Shown: one piece after another, positions 62,628 to 64,000 of the stretch
Position numbering within the stretch: position 1 is the stretch's first letter
Layout of the letters: every line of letters begins with the position of its first letter
Assembly (NCBI GenBank): GCA_951406725.2
Contig: OX597836.1
Coordinates: forward strand, 11,470,001-11,534,000
DNA: 64,000 bases
Origin: Octopus vulgaris
Lineage: Eukaryota
Direction of reading: 5' to 3'
Notes under the pieces: generated by a model
What the model saw: the letters and a program-made list of their open reading frames with translations, nothing else
Told to the model about the DNA's origin: nothing
Databases searched by the model: none
Translations under genes and position numbers: made by a program

Positions 62628-63205
62628 TTCTGCTATCATCGCTTGAAAACCAGTTGTTTATTTGCTTACCTCATCACTACAGAGCAGATCGACAGAAGAC
62701 ACCGATAGACTTTTTAAAATAACGTGTGCCTATCTGTGCGTGTGTGTGTTTCTGTGTGTGTGACTGTGTGCATGTGTTTGTGCGTGTGTGTGTATGTGTG
62801 TATGTGTGTATGTGTGTGCTTGTGTATGTGTGTGTTTGTGTATGTGCGTGCTTGTGTGTGCGTACGTGCGTACGTGTGTGTGCTTGTGTGTGTGCGTGAG
62901 TGTGTGTGCGTGTGTGTGTGCGTGTGTGCGTGTGTGTGTGCGTGTGCGTGTGTGTGCGCGTGTGTGTGAGCGTGTACGTGTGTCTGTGCGTGTGTGCGCG
63001 CGCGAGTACGTGTCTTCGAGCTTTGTCCCCCCACACCAGGTGCTGCTTCCTTTACGTGTTTCTAACTTAACAGTCTGACAAACGAAACCAACAGAATAAG
63101 TACGAGGCTTTCAAAACATGTCCTGGCATCGATTCGTTCGTCTAAAACCTTTCAAGGAGTGCTCCAGCATGGCCGCAGTCCGGATGACTAAAGCAAATAA
63201 AAGAA
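62220..63205 (+). mobile_element. cluster of degenerate family A pieces with a (TG)n expansion
   Basis: Recognisable ttggggcaaatg, gaaactgt, agaataagtac and gctccagcatggccgcagtc motifs. Confidence 0.6.
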
Positions 63206-64000
63206 TATAAGATGTAAAATATTATGAACAGAAATACACACAAGTTGCTCTCCATATTTTTTCCCCCTTTCTTCTTTGCTTTCTTTTTCTTCCTTTTTTT
63301 TCTTCTCTTTATTTATTTTTGAAACTTTTCAATTGAATTGTCGTGAAGAAATTCCATTTGACGTGAATGTATTCCTCAATAGAAACGGTAAAAGGCAAAA
63401 GGTGAGATACGAGACAAGAAAAAACTATTTCTTTAAGTCTAATCAATGTACAAATAATCTTTAAAAAAAAAAGAAAAAAACATTCACACACACACACAGA
63501 AAAAAAATATCTACAGCAATAAAAAAATTAAGAAAATAAAAATAAAAATTCTTTCTGTATTTTTTTTATCTATATTTTACGTTATATATTTATTTATATA
63601 TTTATTTACCTATTTGTTTGTTAAATAAAATTTTATTAAACATGACTTTGATACTGAAATGATCAGAAGATGTATTTACTAACAGGAAGTTTGATCTTCA
63701 ACAATCAAGTTACTTCAATATTATTTTTTTATTTCTTTTAGTTTTTTTTTCCTGTCGTCTCGTCTTTTTTTTTTTTTTTTCTCTTCTCTGTGTTTCTCCA
63801 GGATGGTTTAGAAGCGAATATTCAATTAAATGTGAATGACTTGGCCTTTCTGTTGAAGGTCAAATGTGCGAAGTGAATTTTAAAACTTCTCTTCTTGGAT
63901 TGCTTTAAAGATGTCCTCCGTTACGAATTTCTATTTTTTTTTCACGACGGTTTTTCGGAACTATCATGACGTTATGTTGATCGCTTGCTAACACAGGCAA

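Overview
AT-rich animal genomic DNA, most likely a coleoid cephalopod (Octopus-like; inferred from very high (TA)n/(CATA)n/(AAT)n/(GAT)n microsatellite load and tRNA-derived SINE families). It looks like a large intron or intergenic region. I found no intact host gene; almost all listed ORFs are microsatellite or SINE artefacts. Contents: many copies of at least four SINE-like families, 3' remnants of restriction-like-endonuclease (R4/Dong-type) and RTE LINEs, two mariner remnants and a GC-rich 23-bp x29 minisatellite. The main signal is that short non-coding inserts inside (TA)n tracts carry type-I hammerhead-ribozyme folds. These belong to at least six distinct sequence types (1822, 13065/16327, 14213, 46274/46593, 53066/53157, and a multicopy family with a CUGUNGA core variant). 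Several TA-embedded inserts also show the inverted partial duplication typical of Penelope-like elements. Other element classes appear to sit in other microsatellites: (TAA)n, (CATA)n and (CTA)n. One SINE appears to have inserted into an older copy of itself. All folds and coordinates were read by eye and are uncomputed.
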